Assembly (NCBI GenBank): GCA_018817715.1
Contig: JAHITT010000006.1
Span: forward strand, 11,147-75,146
Direction of reading: 5' to 3'
Length of the DNA: 64,000 nt
Source: Patescibacteria group bacterium
GTDB taxonomy: Bacteria > Patescibacteriota > Patescibacteriia > Veblenbacterales > UBA10138
Part shown: piece after piece, positions 46,852 through 56,384 of the stretch
Numbering within the stretch: the first letter of the stretch is position 1
How the letters are laid out: each line of letters opens with the position of its first letter
Position numbers and translations under genes: made by a program
Notes under the pieces: generated by a model
The model's input: only the letters and a program-made list of their open reading frames with translations
What the model was told of the DNA's origin: nothing
The model's database searches: none

Positions 46852-49407
46852 ATGACTGCTAAAAATAATTTAAGTAAACAAAAATCCGATAATGGTTGGC
46901 AATGGTGGAGTTTAAACTTGTCCACCTCAGCCAATCAGCTTAAAAAAAGTAAAATTAGTTTATCGCGTCACGTACTTAATTTAAGGGCTGATTTAAAGCC
47001 AATTATTGAAGAGGCGCCAATTAAACAGGTGCCCAACGTAGTTTTACCAAAAGTCTGGCCTAAAAAAAATAATGACTTTAAATTAAAAAAATCTGTCAAA
47101 GGATTAAATCATTATTTTAATCAGGTATTAAAAAGGGGGAGTGGTCGTTATTATAACCAAGCGCGCGATGTTAGTTTAATAGTTTTAGTCGAAACGGTTT
47201 TGTGGTTAAGCGAAGCTGTTTGGTACTTATTGTTATCAGCTTTTTTAAATGTTTATCAAGAATCCGGCCCTTTAATAAAGGATATTAAGGCGGATATTAA
47301 AGAGTTTAAACGTCTACTTGGTTTGGCTATGTTTTCTCCGTGGCGTTTAATAACTGTTAGTCAAAGTTCTAACTCTAAATCTTCGGCTGGTCAGCGGGTG
47401 GATTTAACTTTGCCGGTTGATAAAAAAAAGATAGTTTGGTTGCAAGCGGCCGGCTTTATGATTTTGTCGTTGGTTATAGTGGTGCCCTTTAAAGTAGTGG
47501 CCACTTGGCAATCTTTGCAGGAGCGTCAGTCCACGGTTATGTCTTTATCACATCAAGCTATTGAGATGATTAAAAATGGCACAGTTAATTTGAGTAATGG
47601 TGATATTGATATGGCTGGTGATAATTTCAATCAGGCCGCCGCTACTTTTGACCAAGCGGCTAAACAATTACAGCTCTGGCCAGAAAGAGTTATGGTTCTG
47701 TTATCCCGTTTGCCGGGCAAACCGCAACAGTATGTGGCCGGTAGTTATTTACTTCAAGCTAGTCGGGAGGTTTCTCAGGCAGCTGTTTTGGCTGTGGAAT
47801 CTTGGCGCAGTATTATTGGCGCCACACCAGAGCAATTAGGTAACCACTTAGGGGATACCTTATCTGTTTTAGAAAATACTTTACAAGAAATTCAACCTCA
47901 TTTGGATAAAGCCGCTGATAATTTAAGCAAAGTGGATCCAGATTCTCTACCCCAAGAACTTAAAGAACGTTTTGTTTTACTGCGTCAGGAACTTAATCAG
48001 TTAAATGGTTTGCTCCATAATTTAATGGCTTTACCGGTTTTTTTACAGCGAGTTGTTGGCCAAACCGAAAGCAAAACTTATGTAGTAGTTTTTCAAAATT
48101 CTAGTGAACTTAGGCCCACTGGCGGTTTTATGGGTAGTTTAGCTTTTTTGGATATAAGTCAGGGTGCGGTACAAAAAGTTAATATTCCTGGGGGCGGACC
48201 TTATGATTTTCAAGGTTCTTTAAGTCGTTTAATCAGCCCACCACCGCCTTTACGTTTGGTGCGGGGTACTTGGCAATTGCAAGATGCTAATTGGTGGTTT
48301 GATTGGCCAACCTCGGCTAAAAAAATTCAATGGTTTATTACTGAATCAGGCGGTCCCAGTACCAACGGCGTAATTGCTATAACACCGGACTTGGTACTGG
48401 ATTTGCTTAAATTAACCGGCCCGCTGGATTTTCCAACTTACAACAAAGTTTTAACGGCTGATAATTTTTTGCGGGAAACCCAACTGGCTGTGGAAGTGGA
48501 TTATGATAGACAGGCTAATAGACCTAAACAATTCATTGCCGATTTAGCACCTTTGTTAGTGGAAAAAGTTATGCAGTTGTCGCCGGCTAAAAAAGGCCAG
48601 GCCTTATTGTTGTTGGAAAAAGCTTTAGCTAGTCGCAGTTTGCAATTTTATTTAAGCGATCCTAATTTACAAGCGGAAATTTTAACTTATGGTTGGGCCG
48701 GCCAAGTAAAAAGCGTGCCCATGGATTATTTAGCCGTGGTGCGCACTAATATCGGTGGCGGTAAAACCGATTTAGTTACCCAAGATACTTTGCGCCACAG
48801 TGTAGAAATAACCCCGACTGGCGAAATGATTGCCAAAATTAGTTATCAGCGCCAACATCAAGGGCGAGCTGAGGATATTTTTGAAAAAAGACGAAATGTT
48901 GATTATGTTAGATTTTATTTACCTTTAGGTTCTACTCTTTTATTGGCTCGTGGTTTTACACCGCCGCCAGATAATTATTTTAGAGCCGTGCCCGAGGAAG
49001 CGGAATTGGACGAAGATTTAAGATTGCACGAAGAATATATAGCTACAGATAAAGAGTCGGGCACCAGAATTAGCGAAGAATCTGGTAAAACGGTTTTTGC
49101 TAACTGGCTTAGCGTAGCTCCTGGGGAAACGCAAGAAGTAAACTTGGTTTATAAATTACCTTTTGTTTTGCCCTCCACCGCTGGTTGGCAAGATTTACGG
49201 CGTTATCAAATATATTTCCAAAGGCAGGCTGGTGTTCAGCCAATTGATTTTTTGTCTACAGTCACTTGGCCTAAAGATTGGTCGGTCCGTTGGCAAAACT
49301 CTTCCGATAGTTTGCGCAAACAAGACAATCAACTAATTTTTACCAGTGATTTATCCAAAGACGCTTATTATGGTTTGATTTTAGAAAATTTATCAGCAGC
49401 TAATTAG
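46852..49407 (+). CDS. large membrane-anchored protein of unknown function (N-in, single TM near aa 195, about 640 aa extracytoplasmic part)
   Basis: 851 aa ORF directly downstream of three GT1 genes. Hydrophobic segment IVWLQAAGFMILSLVIVVPF. No catalytic motif recognised. Confidence 0.5.
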   Translation: MTAKNNLSKQKSDNGWQWWSLNLSTSANQLKKSKISLSRHVLNLRADLKPIIEEAPIKQVPNVVLPKVWPKKNNDFKLKKSVKGLNHYFNQVLKRGSGRYYNQARDVSLIVLVETVLWLSEAVWYLLLSAFLNVYQESGPLIKDIKADIKEFKRLLGLAMFSPWRLITVSQSSNSKSSAGQRVDLTLPVDKKKIVWLQAAGFMILSLVIVVPFKVVATWQSLQERQSTVMSLSHQAIEMIKNGTVNLSNGDIDMAGDNFNQAAATFDQAAKQLQLWPERVMVLLSRLPGKPQQYVAGSYLLQASREVSQAAVLAVESWRSIIGATPEQLGNHLGDTLSVLENTLQEIQPHLDKAADNLSKVDPDSLPQELKERFVLLRQELNQLNGLLHNLMALPVFLQRVVGQTESKTYVVVFQNSSELRPTGGFMGSLAFLDISQGAVQKVNIPGGGPYDFQGSLSRLISPPPPLRLVRGTWQLQDANWWFDWPTSAKKIQWFITESGGPSTNGVIAITPDLVLDLLKLTGPLDFPTYNKVLTADNFLRETQLAVEVDYDRQANRPKQFIADLAPLLVEKVMQLSPAKKGQALLLLEKALASRSLQFYLSDPNLQAEILTYGWAGQVKSVPMDYLAVVRTNIGGGKTDLVTQDTLRHSVEITPTGEMIAKISYQRQHQGRAEDIFEKRRNVDYVRFYLPLGSTLLLARGFTPPPDNYFRAVPEEAELDEDLRLHEEYIATDKESGTRISEESGKTVFANWLSVAPGETQEVNLVYKLPFVLPSTAGWQDLRRYQIYFQRQAGVQPIDFLSTVTWPKDWSVRWQNSSDSLRKQDNQLIFTSDLSKDAYYGLILENLSAAN

Positions 49408-49409
49408 TA

Positions 49410-49438
49410 TTGACTTTATCTTTAATATGTGGTATCAT
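49410..49438 (+). promoter_or_regulatory. sigma70-type promoter (TTGACT-17 nt-TATCAT)
   Basis: Near-consensus -35 and -10 hexamers with 17 nt spacing, about 175 nt upstream of the murJ start. Confidence 0.5.
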
Positions 49439-49614
49439 TAGTAATATAAGATCCTGACTGGTTGGAGGACATTAGAGAATGACTATAGAGGACTGTACGG
49501 GTAAGCCATTAGATGGTTTAAGCTGTGCACCTTCGTTTGCTTGGATACCAACATTTGGTCACTCTAAGCCTTCTCACCTCCAGCCAATCGGGATTTTTTT
49601 TGGCCAAAATTATT

Positions 49615-51204
49615 ATGAAGCCAACTACTAGCAGTCTTAGTTTAATTAGTCGCGGCGCTATTATTATAGCCGCTTTTTCAATTTTATCGCGCTTGTTAGG
49701 CCTGGTCAGAGATCGTTTATTAGCCTCAACCTTTGGTGCTACCGCTACCCTGGACGCTTACTACGCCGCTTTTAAATTGCCGGACTTTATTTTTAATACC
49801 TTTGTTTTAGGGGCTTTAGCCGTGGCTTTTATTCCTTCTTACATTCGTTTAAAAAACGAGGCCGGCCCTAACCAAGCTTGGTTATTGGTTAGTCGACTGT
49901 TAAATTGGTTAGTAATTTTTTTATTAGCCGCCGCTATTGTAGGCATAATTTTTGCTAATCACTTGGTGCCCATTATTGCACCGGGTTTTTCTTTGGAGAC
50001 CTTGGCCTTGTCTGTTAGATTAACCAGGTTAATGCTCTTGTCTATAGTGGTTTTTGGCGCTTCTAATTTATTAGGTTCGGTTTTACAAGCCGAGCGTAGG
50101 TTTACCGCTTATGCTTTGGCTCCAGTTTTATACAACCTGGGTTTAATTTTTGGCATTGTTTTATTAGTGCCGTATGTGGGTATTATTGGTTTGGCTTGGG
50201 GAGTTTTAATCGGTAGCTTCGGCCACTTACTGGTTCAATTACCAGCTGTTTTAAAGTTAGGTTTTAAATGGCAAGCCAGTTTTGATTGGCGAGATAAATA
50301 TTTTAAGCAAGTTTTTAAATTATTATTACCTCGAACCTTCGGTTTAGCGGCCAGTTCTTTAAACGATATTATTACAGCCGCTTTTATTTCTCATTTAGCC
50401 GCTGGTAGTTTGGCGGCTTTTGCTTTAGCTGTTAATTTACACAGTTTTCCCATAAATGTTTTTGGCGTTTCTTTAGCCATAGCGGTTTTTCCTTTGTTTA
50501 GCCAAGCTTTTAGTTTAAGCCGGCCCGATGATTTTAGGCAGCAATTTGTAGCTAGTGTACGGCGTATTTTATTTTATATTTTGCCAGTGGCGGTCATGCT
50601 CCTTGTTTTACGAGCCCAAATTGTTCGAGTGGTTTTAGGTAGCGGTTCCTTTGATTGGTTAGCTACTATTCGCACCGCTCAAATGTTGGGCTTTTTGGCT
50701 TTAGCTTTGGTATCAGACAGTTTAATACCTTTAGTGGCGCGGGCTTTTTACGCTTTACCCGACACCAAAACTCCGGTGATTGCCTCACTAGCAAGTTTGC
50801 TGGTCAATGTATCTTTATTAATAACACTGCGGCCCTTAGGTTTAACCGGCATTGGCTTAGCTTATGTGGCAGCCAGTTTAACCAATTTATGTTTACTGCT
50901 GTGGTTATTAAGCCGGCGTTTAGGTTCTTTGGGTAGCCAAGAAATTATTGCTGGCCTTAAACCAATGATGGCGGCTGCTTTTTTAGCCGGCAGCGTGGCT
51001 TATCTAGTTTTGCGCTTAATGGCGCCTGTGGTAGATATGCGCACTTTTGTCGGTATTTTTAGCCAAGGCTTGGTGGCCGGCTTATCAGGTGTAGCGGTTT
51101 ATGTTACTTTAGTTTATATTTGGCGCTTGGCTGAAGTTAAATTTATAAAACAAATCTGGTTAAGCGGCCAAACTTTTGTAAAAAGATTATGGATCAGAAA
51201 TTAA
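49615..51204 (+). CDS. murJ: lipid II flippase MurJ (MviN family)
   Basis: Polytopic MOP-superfamily protein. Characteristic N-terminal SRxLGxxRD (SRLLGLVRDRLLASTFG) and FxxP motifs. Start set at the ATG at 49615. Confidence 0.8.
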   Translation: MKPTTSSLSLISRGAIIIAAFSILSRLLGLVRDRLLASTFGATATLDAYYAAFKLPDFIFNTFVLGALAVAFIPSYIRLKNEAGPNQAWLLVSRLLNWLVIFLLAAAIVGIIFANHLVPIIAPGFSLETLALSVRLTRLMLLSIVVFGASNLLGSVLQAERRFTAYALAPVLYNLGLIFGIVLLVPYVGIIGLAWGVLIGSFGHLLVQLPAVLKLGFKWQASFDWRDKYFKQVFKLLLPRTFGLAASSLNDIITAAFISHLAAGSLAAFALAVNLHSFPINVFGVSLAIAVFPLFSQAFSLSRPDDFRQQFVASVRRILFYILPVAVMLLVLRAQIVRVVLGSGSFDWLATIRTAQMLGFLALALVSDSLIPLVARAFYALPDTKTPVIASLASLLVNVSLLITLRPLGLTGIGLAYVAASLTNLCLLLWLLSRRLGSLGSQEIIAGLKPMMAAAFLAGSVAYLVLRLMAPVVDMRTFVGIFSQGLVAGLSGVAVYVTLVYIWRLAEVKFIKQIWLSGQTFVKRLWIRN

Positions 51205-52979
51205 TAAGAAATTTTTGCATTATCGCGCACATTGATCACGGTAAATCTACCTTGGCCGATCGTTTTTTGGAAATTACCAAAACTGTTAACAGTCGGGAAA
51301 TGAAAAATCAACTGCTGGACCAAATGGATTTAGAAAGAGAGCGGGGAATAACCATTAAACTTCAGCCGGTCAGTATGCAATGGCAAGGCCATTATTTGAA
51401 TTTAATTGATACACCCGGCCACGTGGATTTTAGTTATGAAGTTTCTCGGTCTTTGCAGGCGGTGGAAGGCGCTATTTTGTTGGTGGATGCCACTCAGGGT
51501 ATTCAAGCGCAAACTTTAGCTAATTTTGAATTGGCTAAAGAACAAGGTTTAACTATAATACCGGTTATTAATAAATTAGATTTGCCAGCGGCCGATCCCG
51601 ACAAGGTGGCCGCCGAATTAGCTGATTTATTACAAATTGAACCTTCGGAGGTGCTGCGAGTTTCGGCCAAAGAGGGTAGTGGGGTAGCCGAGGTGCTTAA
51701 TGAGGTAATAAAAAAAGTTCCCTCACCTAAATTTAATTTACAAACTACTGGTCGAGCTTTAATTTTTGATTCACGTTACGATGATTTTCGCGGAGTGGTG
51801 GCTTCGGTCCGTTTAACTGACGGACAAATTAAAACCGGTGATAAATATTGGTTATTAGGCAGTCAGGATAATGGTGAAATTTTAGAAACCGGAGTTTACT
51901 CACCCAAGTATAACAAAACTAAAGATTTAGTAGCTGGCCAAATTGGTTACATAGTTACTGGTCTAAAAGATATTAGGCAGGTCCGGGTGGGGGATACTTT
52001 AGCTGTTAGTAAACAAGCCCAGCCCTTGCCTGGTTATGTGGAAGTAAAACCTATGGTCTATGCTGGTTTATACCCGGGAGCTGGGGAAAATCCTTCTAAA
52101 TTACGGGAAGCTTTAGAAAAATTAAAATTAAACGATGCTAGTTTAATGTATGAAGGTGAACATTCACCAGCCTTAGGCTATGGCTTTCGTTGTGGCTTTT
52201 TAGGTTTATTACATTTAGATGTAACTCGCGAGAGATTACAACGGGAATATGATTTAGCGGTTATTATTACCACGCCGTCTGTGGCCTATGAAGTTGTTAC
52301 TAATAAAAATGAAACTTTTATTGTACGAGGTGCTTTGGATTTACCAGCTAGGGAAAACATAAAATCCATTAAAGAGCCGATGGTGCGGGTGGATATGGTA
52401 ACACCTTCAGAATACATTGGTAATTTAATGGGCGTGGCCCAGGATTTTCGTGGACTTTATTTAACCACTGATTATTTAGGTGGCCAACACAATCAGGCGC
52501 GAGCTGTTTTGCGTTATGAAATGCCTTTAAGCGCGATTTTGGTGGATTTTTATGATCAAATTAAAGGAGTAAGCGCTGGTTATGCTTCTTTGAATTATGA
52601 ATTTTTAGAATATCGGGATTGTGATATAAAACGTTTGGATATTTTAGTGGCCGATGAAGTGGTGGAAGCTTTAGCCACTATAGTTTACACAGACGAAGCT
52701 TATCGCCGAGCCAGAACCATTGTTGGCAAATTAAAAGATTTATTGCCTCGCCAAATGTTTGAAGTAAAAATTCAAGCCGCTTTTGGTGCCAAGGTTTTAG
52801 CTTCGGAGCGAATTCCCGCTATGCGCAAGGATGTTACGGCTAAATTATACGGCGGTGATGTTACTCGAAAAAGAAAATTATTAGAAAAACAAAAAGCCGG
52901 TAAAAAGCGTATGCGTTTGCAGGGTAAGGTGGCTATACCAAGCAAAGCCTATTTAGCTTTAATCAGCCGGCAAGAGTAG
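51189..52979 (+). CDS. lepA: elongation factor 4 (LepA)
   Basis: IRNFCIIAHIDHGKSTLADR G1 motif, DTPGHVDF, NKLD, and the LepA-specific C-terminal domain. 596 aa. Overlaps the murJ 3' end by 16 nt. Confidence 0.9.
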   Translation: MDQKLIRNFCIIAHIDHGKSTLADRFLEITKTVNSREMKNQLLDQMDLERERGITIKLQPVSMQWQGHYLNLIDTPGHVDFSYEVSRSLQAVEGAILLVDATQGIQAQTLANFELAKEQGLTIIPVINKLDLPAADPDKVAAELADLLQIEPSEVLRVSAKEGSGVAEVLNEVIKKVPSPKFNLQTTGRALIFDSRYDDFRGVVASVRLTDGQIKTGDKYWLLGSQDNGEILETGVYSPKYNKTKDLVAGQIGYIVTGLKDIRQVRVGDTLAVSKQAQPLPGYVEVKPMVYAGLYPGAGENPSKLREALEKLKLNDASLMYEGEHSPALGYGFRCGFLGLLHLDVTRERLQREYDLAVIITTPSVAYEVVTNKNETFIVRGALDLPARENIKSIKEPMVRVDMVTPSEYIGNLMGVAQDFRGLYLTTDYLGGQHNQARAVLRYEMPLSAILVDFYDQIKGVSAGYASLNYEFLEYRDCDIKRLDILVADEVVEALATIVYTDEAYRRARTIVGKLKDLLPRQMFEVKIQAAFGAKVLASERIPAMRKDVTAKLYGGDVTRKRKLLEKQKAGKKRMRLQGKVAIPSKAYLALISRQE

Positions 52980-53203
52980 AAAAATTAAAAGTTAGAATTT
53001 AGAATAATTAAAAATCTTAATTCATACTTCATAATTCGTAATTCTTATTCTAAAGAAAGGCTGGGCTAACAGTTAGCAAAACCATCATTACAGCCACGAT
53101 AATGCTTACTACCAACCAAACTTTATTGCGCCAAGAATGTTTTTTCGACATAATAAATTAACAGAATAAAAAAGTTAGGCTTAAGAATTTAACAAAATTC
53201 AAA

Positions 53204-53641
53204 TTAATTAAAACTATTAAAGTTTTTTAATTTATTTATAACTTCCGGATATTCTTTAAACAAATTAATTACAGGTAGCATTAATGGTTTGGGTAAATTA
53301 TTTAAAGAATACCAACCAATTTCCTTAATTTTATCCGGTTCTCCTATAATCGGTTTTCCAGAAACACCCTTAGCTATAAAATCAACATTTACATAATGTT
53401 TTTTTGGAGAAAAAATATTATTTACTACACCAATTATTTCAATATCTGTTAAATTTAAACCTACTTCTTCTTTTACTTCTTTTTTACAGCAATCTAAAAA
53501 ACTTTCGTTCATTTCTAGGTGTCCACCAGGCGGGCACCATGTACCAGGTTCATGAGCGCTGGTCCGCAATGTTAACAAAAGATTACCTTTGCCGTCGGAT
53601 ATGTATATACCAATACCTACCTTAGGCCTGATTATATCCAT
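53204..53641 (-). CDS. Nudix hydrolase
   Basis: Nudix box PGGHLEMNESFLDCCKKEVKEEVGL (GX5EX7REUXEEXGU). Confidence 0.8.
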   Translation of the reverse strand: MDIIRPKVGIGIYISDGKGNLLLTLRTSAHEPGTWCPPGGHLEMNESFLDCCKKEVKEEVGLNLTDIEIIGVVNNIFSPKKHYVNVDFIAKGVSGKPIIGEPDKIKEIGWYSLNNLPKPLMLPVINLFKEYPEVINKLKNFNSFN

Positions 53642-53684
53642 AATTTTAAATTAAAAGTATAATGCACTTAAGTAATTAACTTAT

Positions 53685-54170
53685 ATGATTAACCTTAGCA
53701 AATACTTGGAACCTGGTGAAGTGGTTACAGCAACTTATCAGCCAATCTTACTAAGCCAAGGCTGGACTATTTTTTGGGGCAGTTTAGCGTGGGCCTTGGC
53801 TTTATTTTTAGTTTGGCCCTTAATTAACCAAGGCCAGTGGGGATTAATTGGTTTAGGCTTATTAATTATTGTCGGTAGTTATTGGTTACTGAGGGCACGG
53901 TTATTGTGGCGCGGTACTTTATTATTACTCACCGAAAAACGTTTAATTGATATTAATCGCTTAGGTTTATTTAAAGAAGTTGTTTCTCAGGTGGCCTATG
54001 TAAATTTGGAAGATGTTAATTGGACTAAGCCTGGTTTAGCAGCTCAATTATTAAATTACGGCACCGTGGCGGTAAGTTATAGCCACGGCACTATAAAATT
54101 AAATTTTAGTCACATAAAAAATCCTAAGGAATTGGCCACTAAAATTATTAGCCAGCAAAATTCTGTTTAA
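53685..54170 (+). CDS. membrane protein with bacterial PH-like domain (YdbS/YdbT-like)
   Basis: Two N-terminal TM helices, then a LTEKRLIDINRLGLFKEV...VAVSYSHGTIKLNF beta-rich segment. Confidence 0.4.
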   Translation: MINLSKYLEPGEVVTATYQPILLSQGWTIFWGSLAWALALFLVWPLINQGQWGLIGLGLLIIVGSYWLLRARLLWRGTLLLLTEKRLIDINRLGLFKEVVSQVAYVNLEDVNWTKPGLAAQLLNYGTVAVSYSHGTIKLNFSHIKNPKELATKIISQQNSV

Positions 54171-54207
54171 TTTTTGTGATTAAGGGTTTAAGTTATATAA
54201 TGTAAAT

Positions 54208-54597
54208 ATGAGCAAACGTTATGATTTTTGGAGCATAGTAACTTCGCGAATTTTTTTGTTAGTGGCTTTGGTAGCTATAGTTATTATTGGTGTTGGAATA
54301 ACCAAAAGTTTATTAAGGCGGGCTGAACTGCAAAAAGAAATAAACCAATTGGAAAGCGACACCGCTGTTTTGGAAAATAAAAACAGTGAGTTGGGGAAAT
54401 TAATAGATTATTTAGCTACTGAGGAATTTAAAGAAAGAGAAGCTAGATTACGTTTAGGTTTGCAAAAGCCTGGTGAAACCGTGGTCGTTATACCTAGTTT
54501 AACTAATACTAACAGCCAAACCAATTTAACAAATCAACAATCTACTGCAGAATTAAGTAATTGGCAACGCTGGTTAAATTATTTTTTTAAGAAATAA
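54208..54597 (+). CDS. septum formation initiator (FtsB/DivIC-like)
   Basis: N-terminal TM, then coiled-coil LQKEINQLESDTAVLENKNSEL, then ARLRLGLQKPGETVVVIP, the family hallmark. Confidence 0.6.
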   Translation: MSKRYDFWSIVTSRIFLLVALVAIVIIGVGITKSLLRRAELQKEINQLESDTAVLENKNSELGKLIDYLATEEFKEREARLRLGLQKPGETVVVIPSLTNTNSQTNLTNQQSTAELSNWQRWLNYFFKK

Positions 54598-54629
54598 TAA
54601 AAAGAATTCAGAATTAAGAGGGCTTGTTT

Positions 54630-55148
54630 TTAGACTATAGACAACACTCTGTTAATAAATTCTATTTTTTTACGATAGTATTCTTGTACGCTAAGGCCGT
54701 TACTTTTTTCTTTTAATTGTTGATAATCTTTAAGGCTTTTGGGATTATTTCGTAAATATGTTTCAAATTTAACAGCTTTTTTCCAATCAGCATGTTTTTT
54801 GTTAATTAAAAAAATATCAATATGCTTTCCTTGATACTTTGTTACAAATCTAATCCTTTCCAAGGGGTATAAACTTTTTGGCTCCCCGTACATTTTTTTT
54901 AAAGGTTTAATTAAAGAATTGAATTCAGTAGCTAAAACCGGAAGGTAAATATCAATTTCATCTTGTCCAGATATTCCCAAACTTGTTGCTCCATGATGTT
55001 CTACTTTTATTTTTTGACCTAGTACATTTTGAATTTTTTGCTTAACCTTTAAAAATTTTTCTTCAGCTGTTTGGTCAAAAGGAATAATTTTGATTTTATC
55101 AATAGTAGATAGGTGTTTAAGCCATTTTTCTTGTTTAAAGGTTATCAT
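54630..55148 (-). CDS. GrpB-family (UPF0157) nucleotidyltransferase-fold protein
   Basis: VEHHGATSLGISGQDEIDIYLPV resembles the GrpB HIGSTAVPGL...IDI motif. 172 aa. Confidence 0.55.
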   Translation of the reverse strand: MITFKQEKWLKHLSTIDKIKIIPFDQTAEEKFLKVKQKIQNVLGQKIKVEHHGATSLGISGQDEIDIYLPVLATEFNSLIKPLKKMYGEPKSLYPLERIRFVTKYQGKHIDIFLINKKHADWKKAVKFETYLRNNPKSLKDYQQLKEKSNGLSVQEYYRKKIEFINRVLSIV

Positions 55149-55179
55149 ATTTACGGTTGATTATGGCTTTAGCAAAAAC

Positions 55180-55253
55180 TGGAGCCCTCTGCCAGAATCG
55201 AACTGGCGTATGCGGTTTACGATACCGCTGTTCTACCACTGAACTAAGAGGGC
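55180..55253 (-). tRNA. tRNA-Thr (anticodon CGU), CCA encoded
   Basis: The reverse complement folds as GCCCTCT acceptor, anticodon arm GCGGT-ATCGTAA-ACCGC and T-arm CCAGT-TCGATTC-TGGCA, ending TCCA. Confidence 0.85.
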
Positions 55254-55333
55254 TTGTTTGTTTATAAAACTGTACTAGGCTAAATTATTGCTTTTAAAAT
55301 GTGGCGTAAGTCAGCTGAAGCTTTAGCGAAAGC

Positions 55334-55407
55334 TGGAGCGGGTAACGGGACTCGAACCCGTCTCTCAACCTTGGGAAGGTCGCATAATACCCCTATACTA
55401 TACCCGC
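55334..55407 (-). tRNA. tRNA-Gly (anticodon CCC), CCA encoded
   Basis: The reverse complement folds as GCGGGTA acceptor, anticodon loop TTCCCAA with U33, and T-arm GGGTT-CGAGTCC-CGT..., ending TCCA. Confidence 0.8.
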
Positions 55408-55632
55408 TTAATTTTGGGGAAGTTTACCTTGTAGCCAAGCAATAGCTTGTGCTGCAGGGCTGACGTACTACCATTATACTAATTCCGCTAAGGACTCTTA
55501 ATTTAACCAAGACTTTTTATAGTATATCGTAATTTAGCTTAACAAGTATAGTAATCAAACAATCAAAAATCAAGGTTGGTTAAGATAAAAATTACCTAGC
55601 CTAGATAAATTTATGCTATAGTATAAAATATT

Positions 55633-56322
55633 ATGGCTTTAATTGAATTTCGCAACATTAGCAAAATATACCCTGGCAATATTACAGCCTTAAAAGAGGT
55701 TAACTGGTCTATTGAAGAAGGGGAATTTGTTTCTTTGGTGGGCCAAAGCGGTACTGGTAAAACCACTTTGGTACGTTTGTTAATTGCCGAAGAAAAGCCA
55801 ACAGCTGGTCGTATTTTGATTAGTGGTTGGGATATTACCAATGTCTCGGACAAAGAAATTCCTTTATTGCGTAAACAAATCGGTGTAGTTTTTCAAGATT
55901 TTAAGTTATTACCCCGTAAAACTGTTTACGAAAATATAGCTTTTGCTTTGGAAGTTTCTGGTTTAACTAAAGAAAAAATTGCCGGTATTGTCCCGCAGTT
56001 GTTAAAAATAGTGGGTCTAGATGAAAAGGCTAACCGTTTTCCTAAAGAAATTTCCGGTGGCGAGCAACAACGAGTGGTAATTGCCCGAGCCTTGGCTCAT
56101 CGGCCAAAAATTTTGGTAGCCGACGAACCAACTGGCAACTTGGATTCCATTAACACCAAAGAAATAATCGAACTGCTTAAAAAAATAAATGAATTTGGCA
56201 CCACGGTTATTTTGGTTACTCATAACAAAGAAGTAGTTAACGATCTTAAACGTCGCGTGGTTATGATAGACAATGGACAAATATTATCCGACCATGCCAA
56301 AGGCCGTTACATACTTAAATAA
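55633..56322 (+). CDS. ftsE: cell-division ABC ATPase FtsE
   Basis: IEFRNISKIYPG..., GQSGTGKTTL Walker A, LSGGEQQRV signature, ILVADEPTGNLD Walker B. Directly upstream of ftsX. Confidence 0.85.
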   Translation: MALIEFRNISKIYPGNITALKEVNWSIEEGEFVSLVGQSGTGKTTLVRLLIAEEKPTAGRILISGWDITNVSDKEIPLLRKQIGVVFQDFKLLPRKTVYENIAFALEVSGLTKEKIAGIVPQLLKIVGLDEKANRFPKEISGGEQQRVVIARALAHRPKILVADEPTGNLDSINTKEIIELLKKINEFGTTVILVTHNKEVVNDLKRRVVMIDNGQILSDHAKGRYILK

Positions 56323-56384
56323 TTTAAACTTTGCTATTAATTTGAAATTTAGAATTTGTTATTAGAAATTAGGATTTAAACTTT

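Noticed and set aside
47597-47839. 80 aa same-strand ORF nested in a different frame inside the 851 aa gene. Likewise 50655-50936 inside murJ and 5497-5691 inside a GT2 gene.
   Set aside because: These are alternative-frame artefacts within longer ORFs. No start context or motifs support them.
53050-53151. 33 aa minus-strand hydrophobic micro-ORF (MSKKHSWRNKVWLVVSIIVAVMMVLLTVSPAFL) in the lepA-Nudix intergenic region
   Set aside because: It looks like a plausible single-TM peptide, but there is no Shine-Dalgarno sequence upstream and it is below any reasonable confidence without conservation or expression data. Mentioned only as a possible small-protein candidate.
55611-55853. 80 aa minus-strand ORF overlapping the ftsE start
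   Set aside because: It is antisense to the strongly supported ftsE N-terminus (Walker A region). No independent support.
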